This document shows positions 1 to 14,107 of a stretch of 64,000 nucleotides of DNA, piece by piece. Where the stretch lies: the NCBI RefSeq assembly GCF_009914755.1, contig NC_060933.1; one strand, 5' to 3'. Both the position numbers and the translations under genes were made by a program. Under the pieces are notes generated by a model, which saw nothing but the letters and a program-made list of their open reading frames with translations, was not told where the DNA came from and made no database searches. Within the stretch, counting starts at the first letter, position 1. Each line of letters starts with the position of its first letter. The DNA comes from the human T2T-CHM13v2.0 reference genome, Homo sapiens.

Positions 1-195
1 CAACTCTCTTCCTGAGGATGCATGAATCACCAGCCCACTCCGATTCATTCTCTCTGAAATGCTTCATCTTTTTTTTTTTTTTTCAGGTTTTTGCTACTTC
101 AGGAAACCATAGTTGTTGGCTGATTTAGAAAAATTACAGCAGCATTATACAATAAGAGCTATTTCTGCCCTCTTGTCACTAAAGTATAACAATAT

Positions 196-1597
196 TGCGT
201 CCGGAATTGGTGGGTTCTTGGTCTCACTGACTTCAAGAATGAAGCCGCGGACCCTTGCGGTGAGTGTTACAGTTCTTAAAAGCGGCACGTCCGGAGTTTG
301 TTCCTTCTGATGTTCGGATGTGTTCGGAGTTTCTTCCTTCTGGTGGGGTTCGTGGTCTCGCTGGCTCAGGAGTGAAGCTGTGGACTTTCGCCCTGAGTGT
401 TACAGCTCTTAAGGCGGCGCGTCTGGAGTTGTTCGTTCCTCCCGGTGGGTTCATGGTCTCGCTGGCTTCAGGAGTGAAGCTGCAGACCTTCCTGGTGAGT
501 GTTACAGCTCATAAAGGCAGTGTGGATCCAACGAGTGAGCAGCAGCAAGATTTATTGCAAAGAGCAAAAGAACAAAGCTTCCACCTTGTGGAAGGGGACC
601 CGAGTGGGTTGCCACGTTGGCTGGGCGGCCTGGTTTTATTCTTTTATCTGCCCCCACCCACACCCTGCTGATTGGTCCATTTTACAGAGAGCCAAGTGGT
701 CTGTTTTGACAGGGTGCTGATTGGTGCGTTTACAATCCCTGAGCTAGACACAAAGGTTCTCCACGTCCCAGCTAGATTAGCTAGATGCAGAGTGTCCACA
801 CAAAGGTTCTCCAAGTCCCCACCAGAGTAGCTAGATACAGAGTGTCGATTGGTGCATTCACAAACCCTGAGCTAGACACAGGGTGCTGATTGGTGTGTTT
901 ACAAACCTTGAGCTAGATACAGAGTGCCGATTGGTGTATTTACAATCCCTTAGCTAGACATAAAGTTTCTCCAAGTGCCCACCAGAGTCAGGAGCCCAGC
1001 TGGTTTCACCCAGTGGATCCCGCACCAGGGCTGCAGGTGGAGCTGCCTGCCAGTCCCGCGCCCTGCGCCCGCACTCCTCAGCCCTTGGGTGGTCGATGGG
1101 ACTGGGCGCCGTGGAGCAGGGGGCGGCACTCATCAGGGAGGCTCAGGCTGCACAGGAGCCCATGGAGTAGGGGGCGGGGAAGGCTCAGGCATGGCGGGCT
1201 GCAGGTCCCGAGCCCTGCCCCTCGGGGAGGCAGCTAAGGCCCGGGGAGAAGTTGAGCACAGCAGCTGCTGGCCCAGGTGCTAAGCCCCTCACTGCCCGGG
1301 GCCAGCGGGGCCGGCTGGCCACTCCCAGTGTGGGGCCTGCCGAGCCCACGCCCACCCGGAACTCGCGCTGGCCCGCAAGTTCCACGCACAGCCCCAGTTC
1401 CCGCCCGCGCCTTTCCCTCCACACCTCCCGGCAAGCTGAGGGAGCCGGCTCCGGCCTTGGCCAGCCCAGAAAGGGGCTCCCACAGTGCAGTGGTGGGCTG
1501 AAGGGCTCTTCCAGCGTGGCAGAGTGGGCACTGAGGCCAAAGAGGCGCCAAGAGCGAGGGAGGGCTGCGAGGGCTGCCAGCACGCTGTCACTTCGTA
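196..1597 (-). mobile_element. LTR12C-type (ERV9/HERV9) solo LTR
   Basis: On the minus strand it begins ..GTGACAGCGTGCTGGCAGCCCTC.. and ends ..AAGAACCCACCAATTCCGGACGCA, matching LTR12 termini. It has a GC/CpG-rich U3, tandem CCAAT/GATA repeats and tandem U5 repeats. Candidate 4-bp TSD: ATAT (192-195)/GTAT (1598-1601). Confidence 0.95.
625..965 (-). promoter_or_regulatory. LTR12 enhancer/promoter: tandem ~41-bp units with CCAAT (NF-Y) boxes and an AATAAAA TATA-like box
   Basis: Repeated GATTGGTG..TTTACAA..GAGCTAGA units at 668-960 (CCAAT on the minus strand). TTTTATT near 634-640 is the ERV9 TATA equivalent. The polyA signal (TTTATT) is at 551-556. Transcription would run toward lower coordinates. 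Confidence 0.8.
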
Positions 1598-2409
1598 GTA
1601 TCTAGTATGTAATAGACCTTACACTGTAAGAAAACTCTGTTCTTAGCTGAGTAAGGAAATTCCGAAAACAAGGCCTCTACCTGTGATTTTTGAACTGGGA
1701 ACCGTCAGGTCAGTTTCCTGCATATCTAGGAATACAAATAATGTTGCCTTGGGGAATAGACTTGGAAACACAGGAAAACACTTTCTGTACATTATCATTT
1801 CCATTAATTTGAGCAAGTGTTGATCAGAATAAATTATTTATGTGAGCACTGGGAGCTGCCTCCCTATGCGCAAGGCAATCTGTTAAAGATTTGCTATCAT
1901 GCTAGTGAATGGGGGGAATGGAGTAGTACATTTTATGAGTCATAAATGGAGCATTAGTCCTCATGTTTGCATTTGGAAGTGAACTCTTGGTGAAATGTAC
2001 TGTAAAACAAAACAGAGCATGGAAAACCAGATTCACTAATGGCATAAATCAAAATAATGGAAAAAAGAAACCTCTGGTAATATGCCAAATATGATAATCA
2101 CACTGCAGATTAGCCATGATCATTAAGGCAGAGAGGGATTTGAACTGTGGAAGGATCGGCTGACCCATGTTTTCATTTGATTTCTAACAGAATGTGTCTC
2201 TTTGCCATAGCTTTTCAGAGAGGGCATGTGAACGTCAGTAGAGAAGAGCATGAACAGAGTTCATGTGGTTTTCCTACATTTATTAGAGTCATTGCATTTT
2301 GCTATAGTGTCTACAGGCAAGGTATAGCTTCCAGGGATAACCAGGTAGTTCCCCTACAGCAAATAAGTGACAGTAAGAACAATTAGAACAATTTTTAGTC
2401 TAACTGTTT

Positions 2410-2600
2410 CACAGACATTATTGTATTTAACGCATGCAGTAAACCTGTGAGGCAGGTGCACTATCATTAACCCCATTCTACATTTGGAGAAACTGAGGCA
2501 CAGTAAAGGTAAGTGCCACGCTCAAGATCACACAGCTAGCAAGTAGAAGAGTCAAGAATCAAACCCAGGCAATAAAGTTCTAGGCATTATACTCTAAATC
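2410..2600 (-). mobile_element. MIR SINE
   Basis: ccccattctaca..gaaactgaggcacag..aagatcacacagctag is the reverse complement of the MIR core. Confidence 0.8.
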
Positions 2601-2884
2601 ATTGAGCTAAACAATTTTGAAAGATTTTGTTTTGCATTTTACAAAGTTATCTAAAATTCACCTGCATTGGATTTCTTAGGGGTGCTTCTTAAAATGAAAT
2701 TTCGCAGCCCAGTACATCAGATAACACAGTCTCTGGAAGCTGGGCATAGTTGGAAGATTAACAGCTCTCTTGTATAGCAAAGTTTGAGAATCTCTGTTCT
2801 AGTGAGTGTGGGAGGGAGATAGAAATTCTTTTTGGTTTTCTGGGCCGAAAAGATGCCTTGCAAAACTCTCTGAATTTTATATGT

Positions 2885-3050
2885 AAGTTTATGTCATCTG
2901 CAAATAGAGATAGTTTTACTTTCTTTCCAATCTGAATGCTTTTTATTTCTTTTTCTTGCCTAACTGCCCTGGCTCGACCATCCAGTACCTTGTAGAAATG
3001 ATGAGAGTGAACAACCTTGTCTTGTTACCGGCTCTCCAGATTTTGAAGGG
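2885..3050 (-). mobile_element. old L1 (L1M) ORF2 fragment
   Basis: atgtcatctgcaaatagagatagttttact..tttatttcttttt cttgcctaactgccctggct is typical antisense L1 ORF2 sequence. Confidence 0.7.
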
Positions 3051-3477
3051 AAAACTTAAATGGGTTTTTCTTAATATATTGAGAATTCACTGTTGAAGAT
3101 CATAGTTTGGTGTCTGCCATTCCTAACCTGGATTCCATCAGAAGATGCCTACACACCAGAAATACCAAATATCCTTCTAATTCATTCACAGACAGGAAGT
3201 ATGGTCTTCCCAAAAGGACACCTGGCAGGAAAGCCAGGCATACATAGATTCTTATAGAGCACTAATGAATGTGAATGAAAGTCATCAGCTCTTGCCCTCC
3301 AAATTCAGCGTAAGGACTAGGTATGTAAATGATCTCTCCCAGTGAAGATTTGTTGAAGTTAAATAATGAACATTTTCAAATTATACATGTATAAGTCCCA
3401 TAGAATTGGTGCTAAGCCAGCATGTCTGGGGGCTATGCATTTTTAAAAGTCCTGGGCATTATAATCCACTCCCTAGT

Positions 3478-3896
3478 TGATATAGATTGTATATCTGTCC
3501 CTATCCGAATCTCAAATCGAAATGTAATCGCCAGCGTTGGATGTGGGGCCTGGTGGGAGGTATTTGGGTCATAGGGGCAGATTTCTTGTGAATGGTTTAG
3601 CAACATCCCGTTGGTATTGTCGTCATGATAGTGAGTGAATTCTCCCAAGATCTGCTTGTTTAAAAGTGTGTGGCACCTTGCTCTCTCCCTCCCTTGCTCC
3701 TGCCTTCGCCATGCGATGTGTCTTGCTCCCCCTTTGACTTCCACCATGATTGGAAGCTTCCTGAGGCCTTCCCAGAAGCAGATGTCACTATGCCTCCTGT
3801 ACAGCCTGCCAAACCATGAGTCAATTAAACCTCTTTTGTTATAAATTGCCTAGTCTTAGGTATTTCTCTATAGCAATGCAAGAACGGCCTAACACA
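3478..3896 (+). mobile_element. MSTA-type MaLR solo LTR
   Basis: Termini TGATAT..CTAACACA with MST motifs (GGGGCCTGGTGGGAGGT, AGCAATGCAAGAACGGCC). Perfect 5-bp TSD CTAGT (3473-3477 / 3897-3901). It appears to be inserted into a MER5-like fragment. Confidence 0.92.
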
Positions 3897-4009
3897 CTAG
3901 TGAAGAAACACTGCAGTGTAGAAGCCAAGCTTTAGAGAAAATCTGATGTTTCCTGAATCCTGTCAAGGTCCCCACAAACAGTACTCTCATACGGATGAAG
4001 AAATAAAAG

Positions 4010-4510
4010 GCCATGGCTGCCTAAATTCCCCCCAAATTAAATGGTGTAAATCAACCGTCAGTAATTGTTCACAGATCCTGTGGGTCAGGATTTCAAACAA
4101 AGTTTGGAGTGGGTCTGCACCATGACATCTGGAACGTCAGTTGGAAAACTTGAAGCCTGGGGCTGGGATTATCTGAAGGCTCATTGCTTCGTAGCTAGTG
4201 ATTGATGCTGGTTGTTGGCTGAGACCTTAGCTAGGGCTGTTGGTCAGAACACCTATATGTGGCCTCTCCATGGGTTTTGAGCTTCCTCACATCATGGTGT
4301 CTGGGTTCCAAAGGCAAGAATCCCAACAATGCAGAAGCAATATCATCTTGTCTGACCTAGCCTTAAAAGTCATACAGCATAACTTTTGTTGTATTTTGCT
4401 TGTAAGAAGCAAGTCACTAATGTGGGCCATACTCAAAGCAGGAGAATTAGACTGCATCGTTTATGGGAAAAATATCAAAGAATTTTTAGACATACTTTAA
4501 AATCATCACA
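4010..4510 (-). mobile_element. MLT1-family (F/G/H-like) MaLR LTR
   Basis: ctgtgggtcagg..ggcctctccatg..gcttcctcacatcatgg..tttaaaatcatcaca matches an antisense old MLT1. Confidence 0.7.
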
Positions 4511-6077
4511 GGTGCTGTGCAAAGAAAACAATATAATAAAACATCTAACATTTATGGGGTACTTATGGGTCAGATACTCTCCTAAACACTTTATGTAAAT
4601 AATCCCAGTCCTCCCTTACTCTATAAGACAGGTGATATGATAATCTATGTTATAGATAAGGAATGTTCAGTTGTATAACTTGCTATCTCAGAGCATAATC
4701 TAAAGCATAACTTGCTAGAAGTAATGGTCATATGATTAAAACCCAGTCATTTGTGCTTCAGAAATATTTTCTTACTCACTACTGTATGCTATACTAGAAC
4801 TGAGGAGATGTGGGATCTAGTCCAAAGTACTAATCTGGGGAGAAATCTATTATGCTTAACGTGGTTTCCATGCTCAAAGCCCCATTCTGAGGAAAGATGA
4901 CATTCAACTTTATCTGTCTGTCCTATTCTGTTTGACCAGGGATAGACACCTCCCTGAATAAAGCCATCATCTGTAATAACGCTGAGATCTGGAGGAAGAG
5001 CTCTGTAGCACTACTGCAGAGTTGCTACATGAACCCATCAGATCCTCCCTCCAGGAACTCGAATGTAAATCCATTCAAGAGAAGTCAACCCTTGGAAGAT
5101 GGACAGAAGGGAAAAGACACACAGAAAATAAGCCAGAAAGCATCCACAGGAAGCAGAAGCTCTGGCAAGCAGGAATTAAGAAACAGAGAAAAGGAAAGTG
5201 GAAACATATGAATGCATGTAAACAATAGCAGTAAAAGCAAGGCAGAAAGTAGTTAGTGCCCATAACAGCAAAGGACTGAAGCAGGCAGACAGATACCTAC
5301 ATTTAAGGAGTATCTGCCAGAGCAAAAGAAGTAGATTGGGTATAAATTCACCTTATGTGCCTGCAGTGTTTAGTGCTTGGTGAGGTTTGGTCATGTTACC
5401 GCTGACATCTGCTACCCCTGTGTGTCCTTAAAATCAATCCTTATTATCTGATGTAACCATGAACTTCTCTTTCATTCCTTATGGCTTAAAATACCTTACC
5501 CACCAACTGTGCTATTAATGACTTGTGTGGCCCGAGATAGGTCACTTCCCTTGTCTACCTCGGTTTTCTTGGTGACAAGATGAGGGTTTGACCAGGTGAT
5601 ATCTAAGTTCACTTCCAGCTCCAATGCATATTATTTTGAACTTTAGCATGAAAGGGTTTGGTCACAGTTCTATTGCAAAATCCTGGAAATATCACCACCT
5701 TCTTTATTTCCAGCCCCTTCTCCAGCCACAGAGCGCTTTAAACTTGAGACTCGCCTCATAAGGAATCTAAATGCAGTGCCACTGTGCAAATTAGCTGTGC
5801 AGCATCCCAGGGGCACCCCAAGCAGGCTTGCCCAGCCTCATGCAATGCTTTCTGTTGAGCTATCAGGAGAGTGTATGCTCTGGCCCCATCTCTCCATTCT
5901 CAAGATACTTTTTCAACCCCTACTAGAAAGAGATGAAAACAAACTATGGGAAGTTGCAAACATGTTGATGGGAATTGAGGTAAAATGCAGAAAGGTTGCT
6001 GGGTCTGGTGTGGTTGGAGGTGACTATACCACTGTCCGAAGGAAATCTGGAAGGGATGATTTTACAGGTTTTACTTA

Positions 6078-6398
<321 letters not shown>

Positions 6399-7067
6399 TT
6401 ATAACAGAATAATCCAGCATTTGCGTTTGTAAGACATGGGCCCACAGGACTCTTGTGTTAACCTCTGCCCTCTCACACACTTTCATCTGCTCCATCCCTG
6501 CATGAGTTTGGGTTTAAAGGAAACCTAGGCAGAGCTCCAGGCAGAACATTTGGAGACCTGGAAATGGTCTTGCCTGTGAGACCAGCTTATTGTGTGACTG
6601 TAGGCAAAAACTTCTTGGGGTTCTCAGTTTTTCCACTTGTATTAAAGATGATATTGTCTATTTCTTCTTATGTCAATGGAATTCTATGCCAGTTAATGAG
6701 ACACTGGGCTCTATTGTCCCCAGTTTCTCAGTCAATCCCTTGCACTAAGCCAAATGTTCAGAGAGAGATGTAGGTTAACTCTTTCAGGCCTTCAGGGAAT
6801 TGCTTTATGTATCACGAGTGCATTGAACTAAATAGCATTCTTGCATGGTATGCTTAGTGCAGTACCGGAATGCACTGAATGGTATGAATAGTACTCTAGA
6901 GGCTTGAAAGAGTTAATGGGCCTGCCTCTGGGAGTGCTGACTGAATGCCAAGACATGACATAAGATACAAGAAAGAGAGGCTAAAAAATCTTTACATGGG
7001 GGAAAAATTTAGTGATCCATTAGTAACCACTGAACTGTACTTTCTTCTCACCCTGCCCCTTTCCCAA

Positions 7068-7088
7068 TCTCTCTCTCTCTCTCTGTCT

Positions 7089-7142
<54 letters not shown>
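7068..7142. repeat. (CT)n(CA)~25 microsatellite
   Basis: Directly visible. Confidence 0.97.
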
Positions 7143-7146
<4 letters not shown>

Positions 7147-7792
7147 CCTTGATATCATGTTACTGACCAGACTGGGAAAACTAAACTGAGCTGAGGGCTG
7201 AAAATGTGCCTTGAGTTCTTGGAAAAGGAAATAAATACACATTACCCTGGACTGCCCCTTTGTATTCATTGGATGGGGGATTTTTTTTCCCCTCCTATTC
7301 ACAGAAGCACCATTACTAACCTGAGAGTTATGGTTGGTTTATTTCAAACCTGGGAGCCAATGAATAAATACCCCTCTGTGAGTCTACTAAGAAACTTCGA
7401 GTAACATGTAGTAAAACACTGCTGATTGCTCATTAGCCAGAATATAATGTCAAAATTTCTAAGCTTGAAATTCAAGGAACTTCCCTGCCTGATTTTGACC
7501 TACATTTTCTACCACTAGAATGGAAGCTTCTTAGGAGCAATGACTGCTCACATTGTTCATTATGGCATTATGTGTCTGTCTTTTTGACCCTGAAGATTTG
7601 TGAGCCCAAGGGCAGTCTGATGTCCTGGTGTATTTGGGAACTTTTCTGTTAATATGCCAGAACAGCTGCAGCCTCTTTCTCTATGTCTCTTCGTTTTTTT
7701 TTTTTTTTTCTGTGTCCTCATTCTTTGTGCTCACTCTTCTCTTACCTCCACCCCCTTAAATTGGCTGAATGAAGATTGTTTGGGTTTTTTTT

Positions 7793-8929
7793 TGGCTCAT
7801 GTTCATGGAATTCACTGATCTTACCATGTTCCCCATCATCCTGAAGCAGCTGGATTGATAGAATGGTGGAATGGCTTTTTGAAGTCACCATTACAATGCC
7901 AACTAGGTGACAATACTTTGCAGAGTGGGGGCAAAGTTATCCAGAAGGCCATGTATGCTCTGAATTAGTGTCCAATATATGGTACTGTTTCTCCCATAGC
8001 CAGGATTCACAGGTCCAGGAATCAGGGGATGGAAGTGGAGGTGGCACCACTCAACATCACCCCTAGTTATCCACCAGCAAAATTTTTGCTACCTGTTCCC
8101 ATGACATTATGTTCTGCTGGCCTAGAGGTCTTAGTTCCAGAGGAAAGAACGCTGCCACCAGGAGACACAACAACGATTCCATTAAACCAGAAGTTAAGAT
8201 TGCCACCTGGACACTTTGGGCTCCTCCTACCTTTAAGTCAACAGGCTAAGAAGGGAGTTACAGTGTTGGCTGGGGTGATTGACCCTTACTACCAAGATGA
8301 AATCAGTCTACTACTCCACAACAGAGGTAAAGAAGAGTACACATGGAATACAAAAGATCCATTATGGCATCTCTTAGTATTGCTATGCCTTGTGATTAAT
8401 GTCAATGAGACACTACAACAGTCCAATCCAGGCAGGACTACAAATGACCTAGACCCCTCAGGAATGAAGGTTCGGGTCACTCCACCAGGAAAAAAGCCAC
8501 TACCTGCTGAGGTGCTTGCTGAAGGCAAAGGGAATACAGGATGGGTAGTAGAAGAAGGTAGGCATCAATACTAGCTATGACCATGTGACCAGCTGCAGAA
8601 ACGAGGACGGTAATTGTCATGAGTATTTCCTCCTTCTTTTGTTAAAAACATGTTTGTGCATGTACACACTTGCACTAAGAAAATATCTTCATTTTATTTC
8701 CTTTTCCTTTATCACGTGACATAAGACTTATTGACTTCATATCAGCATTTAAGTATTGCTAACTTTATGTAATAGTATTTTGGGTTTGGGATTGGTGCAT
8801 TTCTGGTTGTACAAAGGACAGTTGTATTATGTTAGGTGTAATTATGAGCTCGCTCATTATTGTCTTTATTTGAAGATTATGTATGATCTCAGGAGATTTG
8901 TATGGGTTCAAGTTGACAAGGGGTAGACT
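7793..8929 (+). mobile_element. HERV-L internal region, 3' part (integrase C-terminus, dUTPase, PPT), 5'-truncated
   Basis: Translates HGIH*SYHVPHHPEAAGLIEWWNGFLK (retroviral integrase core end, with stops) followed by a dUTPase-like ORF. A purine tract AAGGGGTAGACT lies immediately before the LTR. Confidence 0.92.
8029..8574 (+). pseudogene. HERV-L dUTPase-like ORF (181 codons, degenerate)
   Basis: SAGLEV, GHFGLLLP and GVIDPYYQDEI resemble trimeric dUTPase motifs 1-3. It sits downstream of integrase, as is characteristic of ERV-L. The upstream pol frame has stops. Confidence 0.8.
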
Positions 8930-9492
8930 TGTGTTGTTTAATACTAAGTGTCAACTTGATTGAAGGATACAAAGTATTGATCCTGGGTGTGTCTGTGAGG
9001 GTGTTGCCAAGAGATTAACATTTGAGTCAGTGAGCTGGGGAAGGCAGACCCATCCTTAATCTGGTGGACACAATCTAATCAGCTGCCAGTGAATATAAAG
9101 CAGGCAGAAAAATGTGAAAAGGAGAGATGGGTCTAGCTTCCCAGGCTACATCGTTCCCCTGTGCTGGATGCTTCCTGCCCTCGAACATTGGATGCCAAGT
9201 TCTTCAGTTTTGAGACTTGGACTGGCTCTCCTTGCTCCTCAGCTTGCAGACAGCCTATTGTGGGACCTTGTGATCATGTAAATTAATACTTAATAAACTC
9301 CTCTTTTTATATATATATATCTCATATATATATATATCTCATATATATATATATCTCATATATATATATATCTCATATATATATATATCTCATATATATA
9401 TATATCTCATATATATATATATCTCATATATATATATATATGTATCTATAGCCTATTAGTTCTGACTCTCTAAGAGAATCCTGACTAATACA
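8930..9492 (+). mobile_element. MLT2A1-type LTR (3' LTR of HERV-L)
   Basis: TGTG..TAATACT..GTGTCAACTTGATTG start, GAATATAAAGCAGGCAG TATA region, AATAAA at 9292-9297, ends CTGACTAATACA. Confidence 0.92.
9307..9441. repeat. 17-bp minisatellite CTC(AT)7, ~8 copies
   Basis: CTC occurs at 9321, 9338, 9355, 9372, 9389, 9406 and 9423, an exact 17-bp period. Confidence 0.95.
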
Positions 9493-10335
9493 GTTAACCA
9501 TTTTTATTATTTAGTAAAACAATAAAAAATTGACATTCTTTGTTTTGTCTGTCCCTCCCATTCTTCCTTTCCCAAAAAACTATTGGTCCATGAGATCCAA
9601 AATATTCAGATCTATTCAACTAAATGTTATGGTTTCTAGGAGCATGGCCCATGCTTTAATGTTTCTTTTAAGCATATAATATTATGTAAACAGCTGCTCA
9701 AATGTTCTGATAAAGTGCTTGTTTCAATTTATTGTCCCAGTTTCTTCTAAGCCTGTTGGTATACCTGCATGGCTAAATGCAATATGTCTCTACAGTGACA
9801 TGAATAACATATTTATGCATATATATTTACTTAATACCATTTGGTAAGTGTTAATTAAATATCAACTCTCTCAAAATTTAAAATTTCCATTGTAAATTTT
9901 TTTTTAAAAATATTTTCTTTAACAAATGATCAAGAGTAATGCTATAAGAATAACAACAAAAATGCAAACTGGGAAAAATCTCCCCTGAGGCTCAGACAAT
10001 CTGCTGCCTTTTGGTATAATTCACTCAGGGATAAGAAGATCTTAGAAAATGCATGATAAAGAATAGACAACAAACAGTAAATACTCTGGTTGAATTTAAT
10101 TAGCAGTGATCTTCATGATACTAAAGTGATTGTTTTTTAAACATCTCTGTCCCTGACAATTAGCCACGGTGAAGAAGGCGGCAATAACTGTCTAAAAGGT
10201 AAGCACTGTGGCTTCAAGGTAACACAGCAGAAGCTAAGAAAGGTGCTTTCCGCAACATTTAGGCTGTTCTACAAAGAAGTATGGGAGCATGGAAATGGAA
10301 AGGTAGAAACAAAGGAATCAGAGTTGTAAGTGTAG

Positions 10336-10699
<364 letters not shown>

Positions 10700-11317
10700 T
10701 TTTTTTTTTTTTTTTTTTTAAATGCCTGTTTTCTATACAAAATCTACATCCAAAACTCCTTTAGGCTATATTTTTTTCAAGGCTGAAGTAAGGGAGTAAT
10801 CCTAATTTCTTTCACAGATTTCAATTTCAGCTACTATATGAATCACAGGCTGGGCAGATTAGAAATTTATGAGGAATAATCCAAATGGCAGAATCTTGAG
10901 AGTAATTCTTGTTTGAAGCACAGATCTTTTTCTTTTACATTTTCCTTATATGAGTTTTAAATTTCTTGAGTAAGGTAGTGAGAAATTTCTTGAGTAAGGT
11001 AGTGTGGGGAAAATGGGGACATTATTTCTGAGATTTTATTAGGATAGCAGAGAGGCACAGGTGCATAGCATAATTATCCTATCTACACTCAATTTCATTG
11101 CCAAGTAGGGCCAGTTGGTGCTTCTAAGGATTCCTCTTGACTGACAGATCACAGAAACTTGACCACTGAGGCATGAGGCATGATAGGGCGACCACTCTTG
11201 TTTCCAAAATGTGAAAGAAGCCCTAAAATTTCAAGGGGAGCAGCTGAATTAATATTACTAGGGAGGTACAAAACTTCCTAATGAAAGTGTTTTCAAGGCT
11301 CCTCTTCAGCTGACATA

Positions 11318-12389
<1,072 letters not shown>

Positions 12390-13053
12390 CTTCAACTTCA
12401 GGACCTTCACCATGATCCATAAACATTATCATTCTATCAGTAGGCTTTACCTATATTTCATCTTAAAAATAAGAAAGTTGAAAAAGACGATTATGGCAAC
12501 TTTAGCAATAGTTCGCTATGAAAGCTACTTTTCAGGAAGAGAAAATAACACTACTTCATACCAGAATAACTCTTGTTTATATGGTGCAAATATGGTGCAC
12601 GATGTGTGGATTTTGATCAAATGCATCTTTGTGTATGCTTTCTACCCTCCCTTAATTTTGTATTAGTTGGGGTTGGGAAGGTAATATTCACCTGACCTTG
12701 GGTGAATATCTGGGCTATTCTCATGTCTTTTCTGTTTAGTCAGGTAAAAAGCAGTCCTACAATCATTTTAAGTCACAGACACAGACCTAATTCAGTCTTA
12801 ACACTGTCCAGCTCCATGCAAGGTCAGAACTCCAAATACAACTTGATATCAATTCTCCCCGCCTAGCTATGTCCTGTTTTAGTCTGAAGCCTGCAGTAGA
12901 AGAAGAGGTGAGTTTGTCTCTTCTTCCTCCTTCTCGCTTCCTGCTCACCACTTTCCTAGGCTCAAAAGCAGGGTTGGGAGAGGAGAAATAAAGGGATAGA
13001 ACCATTGTCACTTGGTGAGGTAACTTTGGCTCTCTGACCTGGCAGATGGTTAA

Positions 13054-14107
<1,054 letters not shown>

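Noticed and set aside
233-1605. Dense overlapping ORFs (up to 135 aa) on both strands
   Set aside because: All lie in the GC-rich LTR12, where stop codons are scarce; no protein homology.
9307-9441. Regularly spaced repeat, superficially CRISPR-like (likewise the LTR12 41-bp units)
   Set aside because: No unique spacers and no cas genes; this is eukaryotic tandem repeat.
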